Source of the DNA: Verrucomicrobiia bacterium | Lineage (GTDB): Bacteria > Verrucomicrobiota > Verrucomicrobiia > Chthoniobacterales > UBA6821 | Assembly: GCA_040380225.1 (NCBI GenBank) | Contig: JBEIJN010000005.1 | Coordinates: forward strand, 4,563 to 68,562 | Length of the DNA: 64,000 nucleotides | Reading direction: 5' to 3' | Shown here: piece by piece, positions 55,741 to 64,000 of the stretch | Position numbering within the stretch: the stretch's first letter is position 1 | Layout of the letters: the number at the start of each line of letters is the position of its first letter | The notes under the pieces: model-generated | Told to the model about the DNA's origin: nothing | Seen by the model: only the letters and a program-made list of their open reading frames with translations | The model's database searches: none | Program-made: the position numbers and the translations under genes

Positions 55741-56694
55741 CTATGGCTGGGTCGCGGTGATCACGATCTCCACACGCCGGTTGAGTTGCTGCTCCGCAAC
55801 ACTTCCCGTGGCCGGAACCAGGAGACGCGACTTTCCAAGGCCTGCCGTCGTGATACGTCCTGGGGGAATACCCGCAGATTTTTGGAGCCATCCCTTCACC
55901 TCCTCCGCACGCCGGAGGCTCAATACCCTGTTATAGTCTTCGCTTCCGAAGGAATCGGTGTGCCCCTCGATCCGGAATGTCGAACCCGAGTTCCGGGCAA
56001 TCAGCGTTCCGAGCTTGGCAAGTGATGCGGCGGCTTCCGGTTTCAACGCGGAGGAATCATACTCAAAGAGCAAATCTGTGGGCATCAAGATAGGTGCCGT
56101 TGCTGGTGTCACCTGCGCCCCACCCGCCAGCAGATCATCGAGGGAACTGAACCTAGGTTCCATTCCTCTACCTGTCACACTTCTTTCGTTTGCTACCTTC
56201 TCTTCGATTCCAGCGAGAGGTTGTTGCGCCTGCTTAGGTTCTGGAATGTCGATGGAGGTTTCCATGATTCCTTTCTCCCCTTTCTTCATCAGCGCCGAGA
56301 TCTCCCCCTGTGATACTCCGGGTTTTTCCTGAATCTCCATCTCCACCGGCTTGGCGAGAATCATCTCCTTCACCGCATCCCCCCCCTGTGCGGTCGGGAT
56401 CTGCGGACTTTCTTTTTCCACCGCGACTGGCTGGGGAGGCTCTTTTTTGCGTGGTGTCGGCGCCGGCTCCTCCTGTGTCTTGGGATCGATCTCCTCCCGT
56501 TTCATCCGGAATGTGCGCGGCACGATCGTGTCATATCCCTCAGGGGAAAATCCCATCACCTTCCAAGACTCCGCTTTCCTAAAAAAAATTGCATGGAAGA
56601 GAAGAGACAGAAAAAGCGACGCGAGGAACAACCACAGGAAGAGGGAACCCTTTCCCTTTTCCGTCAGCGGTTTTTTCTTCTGTGTGGCACCCAT
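55741..56694 (-). CDS. OmpA-family (peptidoglycan-binding) membrane protein
   Basis: N-terminal TM helix, Pro/Glu-rich linker, C-terminal OmpA-like domain (FEYDSSAL, IEGHTDSFGSEDYN, LSLRRAEEV, NRRVEI). Confidence 0.75.
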   Translation of the reverse strand: MGATQKKKPLTEKGKGSLFLWLFLASLFLSLLFHAIFFRKAESWKVMGFSPEGYDTIVPRTFRMKREEIDPKTQEEPAPTPRKKEPPQPVAVEKESPQIPTAQGGDAVKEMILAKPVEMEIQEKPGVSQGEISALMKKGEKGIMETSIDIPEPKQAQQPLAGIEEKVANERSVTGRGMEPRFSSLDDLLAGGAQVTPATAPILMPTDLLFEYDSSALKPEAAASLAKLGTLIARNSGSTFRIEGHTDSFGSEDYNRVLSLRRAEEVKGWLQKSAGIPPGRITTAGLGKSRLLVPATGSVAEQQLNRRVEIVITATQP

Positions 56695-57155
56695 GGAGAC
56701 GCGCCGGTACGATAAGGGAGCTTTCCCTGAACGGAAAGATTTCTTCCCTTCGCCTGGCGTGCTATTGTTTCTTTTCGCTGGAAAGCGAGATATCGAGCCT
56801 CGGGATTCGCGATCTGTTCACACCGTGGATGGATGAATCTTTTTCGAGGGCAGGTTCTTCTTCTTCTTAATTGTGTGAACACCATGTGTCTTTCTCTTGA
56901 ATCCCCAGTATCCTTCGGGTTCTCCGAGGCATTTGTTTCTGTGAATGGACCCCTCGCGGATGTTTGCCACCAAGGGAGAGAATGTTCCGTGAAACATCTT
57001 TTCCCATTCCAGCCCCATTCGTTGCCAAGCCATTCACATTCTTTTCCCCAAGCGATGCCCTCGAAGCCGAGGAGCTGAGAAAAAGACGAAACCAAAAGAG
57101 AAATAAGCAAAAAAACCGTAAGTAATTAAAAGAAAAATACTTATAGAAATGTTCC

Positions 57156-59066
57156 ATGTGGAACACAGCCATGTTCACCTACCCAACTCATTTTGATGTC
57201 CTTGTGATCGGCGCCGGGCACGCCGGGATCGAAGCTGCTCATGCGGCGGCAACGATGGGGGCGCAGACTCTCCTGCTCACCCAGAATGCCGACACGATCG
57301 GCCAGATGTCATGTAACCCCGCCATCGGGGGCCTGGCCAAGGGACACATGGTTCGCGAGATCGACGCGCTCGGGGGTCTCATGGGTCTCAATACCGATGC
57401 CACCGGCATCCAGTTCCGGATGCTCAATGCTTCCAAGGGACCCAGCGTCCGTGCACCCAGAGCTCAATGTGATAAGAAAGCCTATCAATTTCGGGTTAAG
57501 GCGATCCTCGAGAATCTTCCCAATCTCAGCCTCAAGCAGGCCAATATCACCTCGCTCGTCGTCGAAGGAGACCGGGTGGTAGGTGCAGAGACGAACATTG
57601 GCCTTCGTTTTCTGGCAAGGAGTGTGATCATCACCACAGGGACATTCATGAGGGGGCTCCTCCATGTCGGCCTGAATAATCAACCCGGAGGACGCATGGG
57701 TGATGCCCTATCCACCCTGAGTGACAACCTCAAGCACCTTGGATTTGAAGTAGGGAGATTCAAGACCGGCACACCTTGCCGCCTTCTTGCCAAGTCGATC
57801 GACTTTGCCCGTTGCGAACGACAGGAAGGAGACACCCCCATCCCCCTCTTCTCGCACATACCGGAGAGCATTGAGTGGCGGAAGGATGATCTCCATACGT
57901 TGAATCATCATGATCCTGAGAAGGGAATGTTCCATGTGGAACAAATTCCCTGCTGGATCACCTACACCAACGAGGAGACCCATGAGATCATCCGTTCGAA
58001 CCTCCACCAATCTCCTCTCTACGCTGGAGTGATCGATGGGGTGGGACCGCGATACTGCCCCTCCATCGAGGATAAGGTGGTTAAGTTTGCAGAGAAGCCG
58101 CGCCATCAGATTTTCTTGGAACCGGAAGGGAGGCATACGGGAGAGATCTACGTGAACGGCGTCTCCACAAGCCTTCCTTATGAAGTGCAGTATGCCTTCA
58201 TCCGCTCCATCCCGGCACTTGAGAATGCCGAGATTCTGCGACCCGGCTATGCGGTCGAGTATGATTACTGCCCCCCTCACCAGCTCCATGCCACGCTCGA
58301 GACCAAGCGGATCGAGGGCCTCTACTTCGCGGGCCAGATCAACGGCACCTCGGGATACGAAGAGGCGGCGGCCCAGGGTCTCATGGCCGGAATCAACGCC
58401 GCCCTCAAGGTTCAGTCGAAGCCCCCTTTCCAACTGGGCCGGGAGGAGGCCTACATCGGGGTCATGATCGATGATCTCGTTACGAGGGGGACACCCGAGC
58501 CCTATCGGATGTTCACCAGCCGCGCGGAATACAGACTGCGACTGCGTCAGGATAATTGTGATATCAGATTGACGGACAAGGCTTTAGATCTAGGAACAGC
58601 TTGTGAATACCGCTCTCGCGTTTACCGAGCCAAGCGCGAAGCCCTCCAGTCCCTTTCAAAGGAAGTCCTTCATATTCAACATGATGGACTACAATTAGCC
58701 CAGTGGCTCAAGCGTACCGGGAACGAACCAAACAAGCTTCCCGCCGATATCTATGGCCGATACAGCCCGGAGATTTGGGGGCTGGTCGAGACAGACCTCA
58801 AGTATGAGGGATATCTACGCCGGGAGCAGGATCAGATAGAGCGCCAGCGCGGACAAGAGGCGCAGACGATCCCCAGTGGGATCGACTACGATGCCATTCC
58901 GAGCATGCGCCTTGAGGCGAGGCAGAAACTCCACTCCTACGCTCCCGAGACATTGGGTCAGGCTTCACGCATCAGCGGGATCACCCCTGCCGACATTTCC
59001 GTCCTGGCAGTCTGGATCAGGAAACTCGCAGCTGGGCAGGATTCCGGGAGAGGGGAAAGGGATTAA
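57156..59066 (+). CDS. mnmG: tRNA uridine-5-carboxymethylaminomethyl(34) synthesis enzyme
   Basis: [16 protein letters not shown], full-length GidA pattern, about 630 aa. An alternative start lies at 57171. Confidence 0.95.
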   Translation: MWNTAMFTYPTHFDVLVIGAGHAGIEAAHAAATMGAQTLLLTQNADTIGQMSCNPAIGGLAKGHMVREIDALGGLMGLNTDATGIQFRMLNASKGPSVRAPRAQCDKKAYQFRVKAILENLPNLSLKQANITSLVVEGDRVVGAETNIGLRFLARSVIITTGTFMRGLLHVGLNNQPGGRMGDALSTLSDNLKHLGFEVGRFKTGTPCRLLAKSIDFARCERQEGDTPIPLFSHIPESIEWRKDDLHTLNHHDPEKGMFHVEQIPCWITYTNEETHEIIRSNLHQSPLYAGVIDGVGPRYCPSIEDKVVKFAEKPRHQIFLEPEGRHTGEIYVNGVSTSLPYEVQYAFIRSIPALENAEILRPGYAVEYDYCPPHQLHATLETKRIEGLYFAGQINGTSGYEEAAAQGLMAGINAALKVQSKPPFQLGREEAYIGVMIDDLVTRGTPEPYRMFTSRAEYRLRLRQDNCDIRLTDKALDLGTACEYRSRVYRAKREALQSLSKEVLHIQHDGLQLAQWLKRTGNEPNKLPADIYGRYSPEIWGLVETDLKYEGYLRREQDQIERQRGQEAQTIPSGIDYDAIPSMRLEARQKLHSYAPETLGQASRISGITPADISVLAVWIRKLAAGQDSGRGERD

Positions 59067-59134
59067 GAGTTAGGAAGTTGAACCCGGAATTTGCATAGGA
59101 AATTTCTGAGAACATAGGAGGCCGTGTGAAAAGA

Positions 59135-59382
59135 GTTAAAAAGGTGAAATGCTACAACCAAGGCTCTGGGAAGAGCCGCGTAAGACTACGACGAAGTCGT
59201 AGCCCAAAGGGCGCCACCGCTTGCCGGCAGGCAAGTGGCGTCAACATGGATCCGGGAGAGCCCTGACTCGGGATTCGGGAGGGGGAGGTAAGGGAAAGTG
59301 CCGTCAAAAGATGCCTTCATGAGTTCTATTCAGCCTCTGACTTCAGCCCCTTGTAACTTTTTAACATTGTAACGCTTTTAAC
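59135..59382. repeat. family-L multi-hairpin repeat, copy 2 (candidate structured RNA or MITE)
   Basis: Four consecutive hairpins: ggctct-GGGA-agagcc; ctacgac-GAA-gtcgtag; gccc-AAA-gggc; cgcca/cttgcc-GGCA-ggcaag/tggcg. It sits in the convergent mnmG/STAS spacer. Confidence 0.6.
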
Positions 59383-59489
59383 CATTTCGGGACCCACCTT
59401 CCGGGTGAAACAACCAGACCTGTCGCCGCTACCCAATCCCCCATCCCCAAGTACCTATTCCCAATCCCCAACCCCCTACTTACCCGCAG

Positions 59490-59834
59490 TCAGCCTGCCC
59501 GCAGCAGCCTACCCGCAGCAGCCTCGGGCGTCTCCTCGATGATGAAGAGATCCTCGAGCCCTGCCAGGTGGAAAAGTTCCCGCACGGGCTGCCCGAGCGA
59601 GGCAAAAGCCAACCCACCGCCAGCAGCCGACAGATGCCGCTGGCACATGAGAAAGACCCGGAGGCCCGCGCTGCTCACGTAGGTGAGAGAGGAACACTCC
59701 ATGATGAGCTTGGCACCCGCCGCCTCATACAACGGCGTGAGCCGCTCCTCCAGAACGGGGCTGGTCGCCACATCCAAGCGTCCGGCAAGCGCAAAGACGG
59801 GAATGCCATCGGCAAGTGAAAGGGTGATCTCCAT
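59490..59834 (-). CDS. STAS-domain anti-sigma-factor antagonist
   Basis: Start at MEITLSLADGIPVFALAGRLD. YVSSAGLRV motif with the phosphorylatable Ser context. Confidence 0.8.
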   Translation of the reverse strand: MEITLSLADGIPVFALAGRLDVATSPVLEERLTPLYEAAGAKLIMECSSLTYVSSAGLRVFLMCQRHLSAAGGGLAFASLGQPVRELFHLAGLEDLFIIEETPEAAAGRLLRAG

Positions 59835-59916
59835 CCGGAAACGATAACCTCTACGAAGAGACGGGCAAGAGCCGCCTTGCGGTTTTCCATCCCCTTCCCT
59901 AAGAATCTCTCCACTT

Positions 59917-61305
59917 ATGGCCACAACACCCTACGACCTCATCGTTATCGGCGGCGGACCCGCCGGCTATGTCGGCGCGATCCGCGCCGCGCAACTCGGC
60001 AAGCGCGTTGCCGTCGTCGAGAAGGAGCGCGCGGGCGGCACCTGCCTCAACTGGGGCTGCATCCCGACCAAGGCGCTCCTCAAGAATGCCGAACTCTACT
60101 CCCTCATCGGCCACCACGCCGCCGACTTCGGCTTGGAGGTCTCCGGCCTGAAATACGATTGGGACAAGGTCATCGGCCGCTCCCGCAAGGTCGCCGACAA
60201 GCTCGCCGGCGGCATCGAGTTCCTCTTCAAGAAAAACAAGGTCGACTACATCCGCGGCGACGCGAGCGTTCCCAAGACCGGCGTCGTCGAGGTCAAGGGA
60301 GCTGACGGCAAGGATCAGACGCTCTCCGGCGCGAAGATCCTCATCGCCACCGGCGTCGTCACCCGCGAGATGCCGGGCTTCCCCTTCAACGGCACCAGCG
60401 TCATCGGCAGCCGCCACGCCCTCGCACTGGCCAAGCAACCCAAGGAGATCATCGTCATCGGTGCCGGCGCGATCGGCGTCGAGTTCGCCTATTTCTTCAA
60501 TGCGTTCGGCACCAAGGTGACCATCGTCGAGATGATGCCCAACATCCTCCCCGTCGAGGACACCGAGGTCTCGGTTGCCCTCGAGAAGTCGCTCGTCAAG
60601 CAGGGGATCCGCATCCTCACCGGCACCAAGGTCGAGAAAGCCACCGCCACCAAGGAGGGCGTCCAGATCACCGTCTCCGGCGGCGCCAATGAAACCCTCT
60701 CGGCCGACGTCGCGCTTGTCGCGATCGGCGTCTCCCCGCTCCTCCCGGGCGGCGCGGCCCCCTTCAAGCTCGATGACCGCGGCTACCTCGCTGTCAACGA
60801 CAAGTACGAGACCAGCATCCCCGGCGTCTATGCCGCAGGCGACATCATCGGGCCCCCGTGGCTCGCCCACGTCGCCAGCTTCGAGGCCGTTCAGGCCGTC
60901 GAGGGGATGTTCGGCAAGCGCACGCCCGTGCGCAAGCGTGCCTTCCCAGGCTGCACCTACTGCCAGCCGCAGGTCGCAAGCGTGGGACTCACCGAGCGCG
61001 CCGCTAAGGAGAAGGGGCTCAAACTCAAGATCGGCAAGTTCCCCTTCCAGGCCAGCGGCAAGGCACTCGCGGTCGGCGAGAGCGAAGGCTTCGTGAAGCT
61101 CCTCTTCAACGAGCCGCACGGCGAACTCGTCGGTGCGCACATCATCGGGGCCGACGCTACCGAGATGATTGCCGAGATGGGACTCGCCATCACGCTCGAG
61201 GCCACCTACGACGACATCGCCTCCACGATCCACGCGCACCCCACGCTGAGCGAGGCGATGTTCGAGGCGACCGAGGCCGCCCTCGGCCACGCCATCCATA
61301 TCTAG
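59917..61305 (+). CDS. lpdA: dihydrolipoyl dehydrogenase
   Basis: YDLIVIGGGPAGY, redox-active GGTCLNWGCIPTK, HAHPTLSE C-terminal motif. Confidence 0.9.
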   Translation: MATTPYDLIVIGGGPAGYVGAIRAAQLGKRVAVVEKERAGGTCLNWGCIPTKALLKNAELYSLIGHHAADFGLEVSGLKYDWDKVIGRSRKVADKLAGGIEFLFKKNKVDYIRGDASVPKTGVVEVKGADGKDQTLSGAKILIATGVVTREMPGFPFNGTSVIGSRHALALAKQPKEIIVIGAGAIGVEFAYFFNAFGTKVTIVEMMPNILPVEDTEVSVALEKSLVKQGIRILTGTKVEKATATKEGVQITVSGGANETLSADVALVAIGVSPLLPGGAAPFKLDDRGYLAVNDKYETSIPGVYAAGDIIGPPWLAHVASFEAVQAVEGMFGKRTPVRKRAFPGCTYCQPQVASVGLTERAAKEKGLKLKIGKFPFQASGKALAVGESEGFVKLLFNEPHGELVGAHIIGADATEMIAEMGLAITLEATYDDIASTIHAHPTLSEAMFEATEAALGHAIHI

Positions 61306-61328
61306 GCCGGGCACCCGGATCCGCCACC

Positions 61329-61991
61329 ATGCCCGCCCTGCGGCCATCGCTCATCGCCCCCTCCATCCTGGCGTGCGACTTCGCGCGTCTGGGTAGCGAG
61401 GTCGAGAGTGTCACGGCGGCGGGGGCCGACTGGATCCACTGCGACGTCATGGACGGCGACTTCGTGCCGAACATTTCCTTCGGCCAGCCGATCGTCGCCG
61501 CTGCGTCGCCACACACCGCACTTCCTCTCGACGTCCACCTGATGATCCAGCGGCCCGACCGCTACATCGAGCAGTTCATGGCGGTGAAGGGCGTGGCCTC
61601 GGTCACCTCGCATCTCGAGGCGAACCACGACGCCGGCATCACGCTCGACCGCGTCCGCGCGGCGGGGAAGAAAGCCGGCCTCTCCGTCAAACCTGGCACA
61701 CCGCTCGATCAGGCCCGCGCCCTCTTCGGACGATTCGACATCCTGCTCATCATGACGGTGGAGCCGGGATTCGGCGGCCAGCCCTTCATGACCGACATGC
61801 TCGGCAAGATCCGCGAGGCCGACCGTCTCCGCACCGATCTAGGGCTCGGCTTCCTCATCGAGGTGGATGGCGGCATCAACGCCGAGACCGCCCGCCTCTG
61901 TCGCGATGCCGGAGCCGATGTCATGGTCGCCGGCACCTCCGTCTTCAAGGCCACCGACCGCGCCGCGGAAATCCGCGCGATGAGAGGATAG
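61329..61991 (+). CDS. rpe: ribulose-phosphate 3-epimerase
   Basis: IAPSILACDF, HCDVMDG-FVPN and MTVEPGFGGQ motifs. Confidence 0.9.
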   Translation: MPALRPSLIAPSILACDFARLGSEVESVTAAGADWIHCDVMDGDFVPNISFGQPIVAAASPHTALPLDVHLMIQRPDRYIEQFMAVKGVASVTSHLEANHDAGITLDRVRAAGKKAGLSVKPGTPLDQARALFGRFDILLIMTVEPGFGGQPFMTDMLGKIREADRLRTDLGLGFLIEVDGGINAETARLCRDAGADVMVAGTSVFKATDRAAEIRAMRG

Positions 61992-62029
61992 GAGTTGGAA
62001 GCTGGCAGCTGGGAGTTAGGGATCAACCG

Positions 62030-62542
62030 ATGAGCATCTATCTCAACGAACCGCCGGACGAGGATCCGATCATCGATCTTACCAGCGATGCCTATTTCAT
62101 GGGTCAAGCGATGCGTCAGGCCCTGAAGGCCTACGAGGCCGAGGAGGTACCGATCGGAGCCGTCGTCGTGCGCGAGGGGAAGATCATCGCCCGTGCCGCG
62201 AACCAGGTCGAGACGCTCAAGGATGCGACCGCCCACGCCGAGATGCTCGCCATCACCCAGGCCGAGAACGCGCTGGGAGACTGGCGCCTGAACGACTGTG
62301 ATCTCTATGTGACCAAGGAGCCGTGCCCGATGTGTGCCGGCGCGCTCGTCCATGCACGGCTTCGCCGCGTCATCTTCGGATGCCACGACTCAAGGGGAGG
62401 TGCGGCTGGCGGCCTCATCAACATCCTCCAGATGCCCGAGCTCAACCACCGCTGCGAGATCAGCGGCGGCATCCTCGGAAACGAATCGGCACAACTGCTG
62501 AAAGCCTTTTTCTCCGAGCGAAGGGGAAACACCGGAAGCTGA
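62030..62542 (+). CDS. tadA: tRNA adenosine(34) deaminase
   Basis: HAEM and PCPMCAGA zinc-binding motifs, 170 aa. Confidence 0.9.
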   Translation: MSIYLNEPPDEDPIIDLTSDAYFMGQAMRQALKAYEAEEVPIGAVVVREGKIIARAANQVETLKDATAHAEMLAITQAENALGDWRLNDCDLYVTKEPCPMCAGALVHARLRRVIFGCHDSRGGAAGGLINILQMPELNHRCEISGGILGNESAQLLKAFFSERRGNTGS

Positions 62543-62619
62543 AGGCTATAATTAGGAACCCTGGAAAAGTCAGCGATAGAGGGGTGGCATAACTTCTCGG
62601 GAGATAAGTGCCACTAAGT

Positions 62620-62653
62620 AGGCTGTTAGGCTGTAGACTGTTAGACTATTAGG
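62620..62653. repeat. family-T array of YCTAAYAG-type 8-mers (inverted copy of 16793..16826)
   Basis: aggctgttaggctgtagactgttagactattagg. Further related words extend to about 62695. Confidence 0.75.
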
Positions 62654-62823
62654 GGGAAGGAATCCAAGCAGCCTGTTAGACTCTAGCTTATTAAAGGGTG
62701 GGCGATTAACGGTGTTTTGGAATCCACGGTTTGGATGCCTTCCGCAAAATTTTGTTGAGCTAGGGGCTGAAGTATCGGCTTCCTGATCGACTCGGTATGG
62801 TGTTTGGATCACCATCATCCCGC

Positions 62824-63216
62824 ATGAACCGCTTTTTTCCCCTAGTTGCCCTCCTGCTCCTCACGCTGGTTCTTCCGGCCTGTGTCACCCACCTTCAGAA
62901 GAAGGAGAACTATCTCAAGGAAGCCGGCTTCCGCACCGTGAAGCCGACGACGCCCGAGCAGATCGCCCACTTCCAATCACTCCGCAAGAACCACATCACC
63001 CACGAGACCCGCAACGGCAACACCCTCTTCATGCTCGCCGACGAGAACAAGAATGTCCTCCTCGTCGGTGGCGAATCCGAATTCCAGCGCTATCAGGAAA
63101 TCCTCTATTCCCGCGAAGTGGAACCGGGCAAGAAGAGCGCCAAGTTCACCAAGGGAATCGAAAACGTCTGGAATCAGGGCTGGGGGTCGGTGCTGGGTTC
63201 GATGATTCCGCAGTAA
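62824..63216 (+). CDS. hypothetical lipoprotein
   Basis: Start at MNRFFPLVALLLLTLVLPAC, a lipobox. No family recognised. Confidence 0.5.
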   Translation: MNRFFPLVALLLLTLVLPACVTHLQKKENYLKEAGFRTVKPTTPEQIAHFQSLRKNHITHETRNGNTLFMLADENKNVLLVGGESEFQRYQEILYSREVEPGKKSAKFTKGIENVWNQGWGSVLGSMIPQ

Positions 63217-63441
63217 GCGATCCGTCTGCAGATGACGGATCAGGGGTTTAGGCTCTAGCGGTTTAGGTTGCTAGAGGGAAGACGACCGAAGATTTTTAAT
63301 CAGGAAATCAGGAAGGCAAGAACGATTAGGTTTGTAGGCTCTTGCAATTTAGTCTTTTAGGGCCGGTGTGAAGGGTGCTGTGTTGTGTGGTATCCACTGC
63401 TTTGTTGATTTCGCTGACCTCCGGCCCTAGTTATCGCTCCC

Positions 63442-63684
63442 ATGACGCTTGCCGAGATTTTGAACGAGTTGCCGAATCTCACTTTCATGGAACGGCAGGA
63501 ACTGATGGCGGCATTGATCCATCTTGATCCGCCCCCCGTCTCTGAGGATGAGAGGGTAATTCTTGAGGCAAGGCTGAAGTATGCCGAGGAGAATCCGGGG
63601 CGCGAGATCCCTTTTGAAGAGCTTGAGGCCAGACTCGTGGAGCGATATCGCCGGCGATCAGACGCTGACATGGAACCCCGCTAA
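63442..63684 (+). CDS. putative addiction-module antitoxin component (TIGR02574-like)
   Basis: MTLAEILNELPNLTFMERQELMAALIHLD...EARLKYAEENPGREIPFEELEARL resembles the short helical antitoxin family. No intact toxin gene follows. Confidence 0.45.
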   Translation: MTLAEILNELPNLTFMERQELMAALIHLDPPPVSEDERVILEARLKYAEENPGREIPFEELEARLVERYRRRSDADMEPR

Positions 63685-63902
63685 CGATTTCATCGGCGGA
63701 AAGCGCATTAAGTTTTCCCCTGCCACAGGATCGCCAAAATAGCCGGGCTAGCCAAGGGGATAAAAGGGATGTTCACCAGCGAGCCATTGTTCCCAAGGAC
63801 GAGCCGAGGCTGAGTTCAGGTAGTCTGGTGCGGCCGGCAGGAGCTCTGGGGGCATCTCTGCAAGCTCACTTGCAAAGGTGCGACCTCCGCCCACTGCCTT
63901 TT

Positions 63903-63930
63903 CCCCTAACAGTCTTCAGCCTAAACCCCT
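63903..63930. repeat. family-T element, single-unit version of 20187..20230
   Basis: cccctaacagtcttcagcctaaacccct. Confidence 0.7.
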
Positions 63931-64000
63931 TTTTTGGGGCCTAGGACGCTCTACGTCCTAGTTGCTGTGGGATGATGGGTGCCTATGAAAACGCATCTAC

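Noticed and set aside
56695-57155. oriC candidate, because mnmG (gidA) often neighbours the replication origin and the spacer is AT-rich.
   Set aside because: There is no cluster of TTATNCACA boxes (only weak variants such as tgtggaaca and gtggatgga), no dnaA or dnaN nearby, and no obvious AT-rich 13-mer unwinding repeats.

Overview
This is a high-GC bacterial chromosomal segment. PEP-CTERM proteins and a DUF1559-type pseudopilin suggest Verrucomicrobiota or a related PVC lineage, but that is inference only. It is densely packed with about 60 mostly housekeeping genes, in this order: pseudopilin, two PEP-CTERM paralogs, pdxJ, purH, msbA-like ABC exporter, prepilin peptidase, gmhA, IS5 element, uvrD, purN, rpmA, rplU, tRNA-Leu(GAG), aroG-type DAHP synthase, yajQ, hldD, dinG, lptF/G-type permease, dusB, PhoR/PhoB-like two-component pair, pfkA, OYE reductase, ybaB, dnaX, hisI, thyA, folA, cysS, ispF, IMPase, histone-H1-like protein, coaC, gmk, yicC, TamB-like giant protein, FtsX permease, glnD, OmpA-family protein, mnmG, STAS protein, lpd, rpe, tadA. 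I found no recognisable defence island, CRISPR array or prophage. Many long ORFs in the track are antisense artefacts of high GC content. The interesting content is non-coding. (1) A multi-hairpin repeat (family L) has two intergenic copies and a third copy embedded in-frame in the dnaX linker; that copy shares a 25-nt perfect identity with one intergenic copy, and every hairpin is preserved by different stem sequences. (2) A nested-hairpin repeat (family S) shows compensatory stem changes and a T-run/A-run polarity opposite to an intrinsic terminator. (3) A complete IS5-group element is accompanied by a 307-bp MITE derivative, inserted in a CTAG that supplied the stop codons of two convergent genes, and by a 25-bp IR-IR mini-element. 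(4) A diverged, in-frame duplicate of the last 44 conserved codons of folA lies directly behind its TGA stop. (5) Intergenic foldback elements with arms built from stuttered 7-9-nt words are pervasive and fall into dispersed families. Small proteins missing from the ORF track (entericidin-like, lmo0937-family), an orphan leader terminator and a long-insert prepilin peptidase are also noted. All calls come from reading the sequence and from remembered family signatures; no searches were run.
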